DNA of 64,000 nt, taken from NCBI RefSeq assembly GCF_006345805.1, contig NW_021835468.1:1-64000 (forward strand). Direction: 5' to 3'. The notes beneath the pieces were generated by a model. That model was given only the letters and a program-made list of their open reading frames with translations. It searched no databases and was not told the DNA's origin. Of the stretch, positions 59,783 through 64,000 are shown one piece after another. Position numbers and translations under genes: made by a program. This DNA is from Octopus sinensis (Eukaryota). How positions within the stretch are numbered: the stretch's first letter is position 1; each line of letters starts with the position of its first letter.

Positions 59783-60080
59783 ACTAGCATTATCGCCCGG
59801 CGTTGCTCGGATTTGTAAGGGAAATAACTATATAAGCATTTTTAGAGGGTTACTTCCCTCATAAAATAGCAAAAAAATGCATTAAAAATGGGAAAAAATG
59901 ATGGTAAATTTTTTTTTAAATCGTAGACTCATCGTAGACGCGCGTTAATACCCAGAAGGGGTCGATATGAATCACGACTATAAGATACCCGGTTTTGGTT
60001 AAACTGCACCGCAAAATGTGGGAGTAGTTAGGAATCTAAATCGTAGGAGACAGACACACAACTTCACTTTTATATACATA
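59783..60080 (+). mobile_element. Helitron/DINE-like ~300-bp element
   Basis: Near-identical to 26515-26813. Confidence 0.72.
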
Positions 60081-60209
60081 TACACACAGTAACCCCTCGC
60101 CATATCACGGTTTATTATTTAAGCTTACATTGATTCCTCCATGGTGTTGTTTTGAATTTATGATAAAATAAACATATACAAATTATAAAAATAATAAAAA
60201 AAACATATA

Positions 60210-62883
60210 CATAGACTAGTAGTTAGTGACTTTAGGATCAGGACTAAGAGGACAACCAGAAGACGACCAGCATGGAGAAGAAGGATCTGGAAGCTTAAAG
60301 ATCCTGCGAATGGACAGAGATTTAGGGACATGCTACTTGAAGCCTTTGACGAAGTAGAAGGGGATAGAGTATCACATGGGGTAGAAGGCAACTGGACGTT
60401 TCTAAGGGACAACCCGCTGAGAGCCACTGACCAGATCTGTGGCTGGTGCAAAGTCCCCTCTCGTCCCAAGGTAATGTGGTGGTGGAACAATGTTGTAGAC
60501 AGGGCTATTAGAGAAAAGAGACAGGCTTGGAAGGTCTGGAAAAATGGGGGTAGCAGGGGATTGTATCAGACTGCCAAGAGGGAAGCTAAGAGACAGGTCT
60601 ATCTAGCCAGAGGGGAAGCAGATAAGAAAAAATTTGCTAATGTTCTGTGCCGTGAGGACCAAAGACTGGAGGTGTTTCGAGTTGCAAGACAGTGTGTGAG
60701 AGAGAATCGTGATGTGGTAGGAGAGAAGTGTGTTCGCATGGAAGATGGTTCACTTGCGCTAAATGAGGATGCAAAGAGAGAGGTTTGGAGACACCACTAT
60801 GAAAGGTTGCTGAAAATGAATGGGATAAAGAAAGTCTGCCGAATGTTGACCCAACAGAGGGACCAGCTATTTGAGTTGATAGTTCCTTGGTAGCTAAGGC
60901 AATTAGAAGTATGAAGACAGAGAAAGCCCCAGGCCCATCAGAAATCACTGCAGAGATGCTCAAAATATCTGGTAGTGTCGGCTATAGCCTAGTCACCCGT
61001 ATAGTTAATCAGGTGATACACGAAGGAGTCATACCCAATGACTGGTGTAGCAGCATAATAGTCAACTGCTACAAAGGTAAAGGTGACGCCCTAGATACAA
61101 ATAATTATAGAGGTATCAAGCTGTTGGATCAGGTAATGAAGGTTACGGAGAGGGTCATAGCCTAACTAATTAGAGAGAGAGTTAGTTTAGATGAGATGCA
61201 GTTTGGGTTCATGCCAGGGAAAAGTACCACTGATGCTATATTCCTGGTAAGGCAGCTGCAGGAGAAATACCTAGCCAAAGATAAGCCCCTGTACCTGGCT
61301 TTTGTTGACATGGAGAAAGCCTTCGACAGAGTCCACCGATCCCTTATCTGGTGGTCAATGAGGAAACTAGGGATAGATGAATTGGGAGCTCCTCTATGCT
61401 GATGACCTTGCTCTAATTGCTGAGTCACTATCAGAACTGGAGGAGAAGTTTCAGGTGTGGAAGCAAGGATTAGAATCGAAGGGCCTTAGAGTCAATCTAG
61501 CTAAAACCAAAGTCCTAAGAAGTAGGAAGGTAGACCAATCACAAACGCCTTCAGGTAGATGGCCCTGCTCGATCTGTAGAAAAGGTGTAGGTAGAAACTC
61601 TATAAGATGCACCAAGTGTAAGCTATGGACACATAAGAGGTGCAGCAATGTCAAAGGAAGGCTAACTAGGAAGATAGTTTTTGTATGTGGCAGTTGCTCA
61701 GAAACAATAAACACTGAAAATGCTCTGAGACTAACTTCTGTCACTTTCCAGGGAGAAAAACTAGAAATAGTTGATAGCTTCCATTACCTAGGTGTCCAAG
61801 TCAGTAGCGGGGGTGGGTGTGCTGAAAGTGTAACTGCTAGAGTAAGAATAGCTTGGACAAAGTTCAGAGAGCTCTTACCTCTGCTAGTGACAAAAGGCCT
61901 CTCGCTCAGAGTAAAAGGCAGACTGTATGACGTGTGTGTACGAACAGCCATGCTACATGGCAGTGAAACATGGGCCGTGACCGCTGAGGATATGCATAAG
62001 CTCGCAAGAAATGAAGCCAGTATGCTCCAATGGATGTGTAATTTCAGTGTTCATACTCGACAGAGTGTAAGTACCTTGAGAGAAAAGCTGGACCTAAGAA
62101 GCATCAGATGTTGTGTGCAAGAGAGACGTTTGCGCTGGTATGGTCATGTGGCGAGAATGGATGAAGATAGTTGTGTGAAAAAGTGCCACACCCTAGCGGT
62201 TGAGGGAACCTGTGGAAGAGGCAGACCCAGGAAAACCTGGGACGTGGTGGTGAAGCACGACCTTCGAACTTTAGGTCTCACTGAGGAAATGACTAGAGAC
62301 CAAGACCTCTGGAAGTATGCTGTGCGTGAGAAGACCCGGCAGGACAAGTGAGACCATAACCCGTGGCCTACACGGGATGTAGCCAGTCCACTTATGCATA
62401 CCTTCCCTTCTTGGGACACAAAACTCTACTTGTGAAAACCTGTTGAGGCAAGTGAGAATCAGAATCGAAATCGATCAATGGAAATTGCAGCTGAGATACC
62501 AGTGCTGGTGGCACGTAAGAGAACCATCCGAACGTGGCCGTTGCCAGCACCGCCCCGACTGGCTTCATGCTATGCTGGTGGCACGTAAAAAGCACCATCC
62601 GTTCGTGGCCGTTGCCAGCCTCACCTGGCCCCCGTGCTGGTGGCACATAAAAAGCACCATCTGATCATGGCCGTTTGCCAGACTCGTCTGCCACCTGTGC
62701 TGGTGGCACGTAAAAAGCACCCACTACACTCATGGAGTGGTTGGTGTTAGGAAGGGCATCCAGTCGTAGAAAGATTGCCAGAAAGACTGGGCCTGGTGCA
62801 GCCTTCTGGCTTCCCAGACCCCAGTTGAACCGTCCAACCCATGCCAGCATGGAAAGCGGACGCTAAACGATGATGATGATGAT
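60210..62883 (+). mobile_element. RTE-clade LINE, 5'-truncated (endonuclease lost), disrupted RT ORF, complete 3' UTR
   Basis: QFGFMPGKSTTDAIF, FVDMEKAFDRV, LLYADDL, a CxxC..CxxC..HxxC..CxxC finger, YLG; frameshifts and an internal deletion at about 61381; ends (GAT)n. Confidence 0.97.
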
Positions 62884-63862
62884 ACAGTACCATACTTTGT
62901 CTACTTTACAGATTTTCACCTAACGTGGGGGTTTTGAGAATGTAACACTCGTGATAGTTGAAGGATTTCTGCATAATATACACACACACATATATATTTG
63001 TACGTGTGTATGTGTATAGAATAATGGCAAAACCAAGTGTTATTTTGAATGCATTTAATTCATGTTTTTCAAGTAATTACAAAGAAATTTTCAGTGAGGA
63101 GGGTATAATGTACAAAATTTCTTACATAACTACTCAAAATGTGTGTACGAAATGCATTCAAAATATCAACATTTGGTTTTGCCTTTGTTACATATTATTA
63201 TAAAGCCATGCCATTACAATCTAGCCTGTCCTTGTTTTATTTGCATGGTTAATGTAATTTCAAAGTAGAATCACACAGAATTACCAATATTATTAAAGAG
63301 AATTTCCATCCTGAAGGAATCTATGAACATCCGTAACAGATCAATCAATCAATCAATATAGAACTATAATTGCCTGTTTCTTAACAATCATCATTAAATG
63401 AATTCTTAATAACCATTCTTAGCCAATTATTAGTGAAGTCTTTGAGAATTCTACTACTAATTCTTCAGGAATGTGATTCTTGTGGTAATTAGATTAAATG
63501 TTATTAAAGTATGATCTCATCGTTAACATATGTATTTGTTTATCTGTCATAAAATAATGTAACATGGATTTGAACTTGTATTGCCACATTATCAATTTTA
63601 AATTATGACTTAACTACGGCTTAATCCTATGCATTGTTGAGTAACTGTCCAGTTGGCGGCCGGTGTTCACATTATAGTTTCTCAGTTCTTCTAGAAGCCT
63701 CTACAAATACAGCCTATAAACAGAGTCCTTTTGGTGCCAATTTTAGTGTGCCTCTGGGATTGGTACCGAATACAAACCCTGCTTTAGTCATTCTAATGGC
63801 TACATACTTAACCAAAATGCGATGGTAGTAGAAGACTGTGGTAGCAGAATAATGGTAGTAGA

Positions 63863-64000
63863 AGGCGGCGAGCTGGCAGAAACGTTAGCACGCCGGGCGA
63901 AATGCTTAGCGGTATTTCGTCTGCGTTACGCTGTGAGTTCAAATTCCGCCAAGGTCGACTTTGCCTTTCATCCTTTCAGGGTCGATAAATTAAGTACCAG
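63863..64000 (+). mobile_element. SINE family B, cut by the window end
   Basis: Family match. Confidence 0.9.

Overview
Repeat-dense, essentially non-coding eukaryotic DNA, most likely from an octopus (inferred from the tRNA-derived SINE families; not database-checked). No complete protein-coding gene is present, and nearly all ORFs in the supplied track are microsatellite or repeat translations. Contents: (i) four SINE families, labelled here A (~400 bp, internal TA/TG microsatellite), B (Meta-domain-like), D (~385 bp, young, with TSDs) and E (CORE-like); (ii) an RTE-clade LINE as three ORF2-bearing copies plus many 5'-truncated 3' tails ending in (GAT)n; (iii) fragments of CR1-like, R4/Dong-like (RLE) and BovB-like LINEs; (iv) mariner/Tc1 remnants, piggyBac-like and foldback MITEs, and Helitron/DINE-like elements; (v) many micro- and minisatellites. 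Most notable: hammerhead-ribozyme motifs in Penelope-like inverted remnants (43.7, 48.6 and 55.7-56.0 kb, the last with a compensatory U3-A8 core); two short inverted templated insertions copied from about 0.8-1 kb away (17.75 and 50.9 kb); a 138-bp target-site duplication around an RTE tail; a compact CRE + heat-shock element + kappaB cluster at 3.7 kb; and one candidate 76-nt exon whose donor site sits in a hairpin. Boundaries were read by eye and family names rest on recalled motifs.
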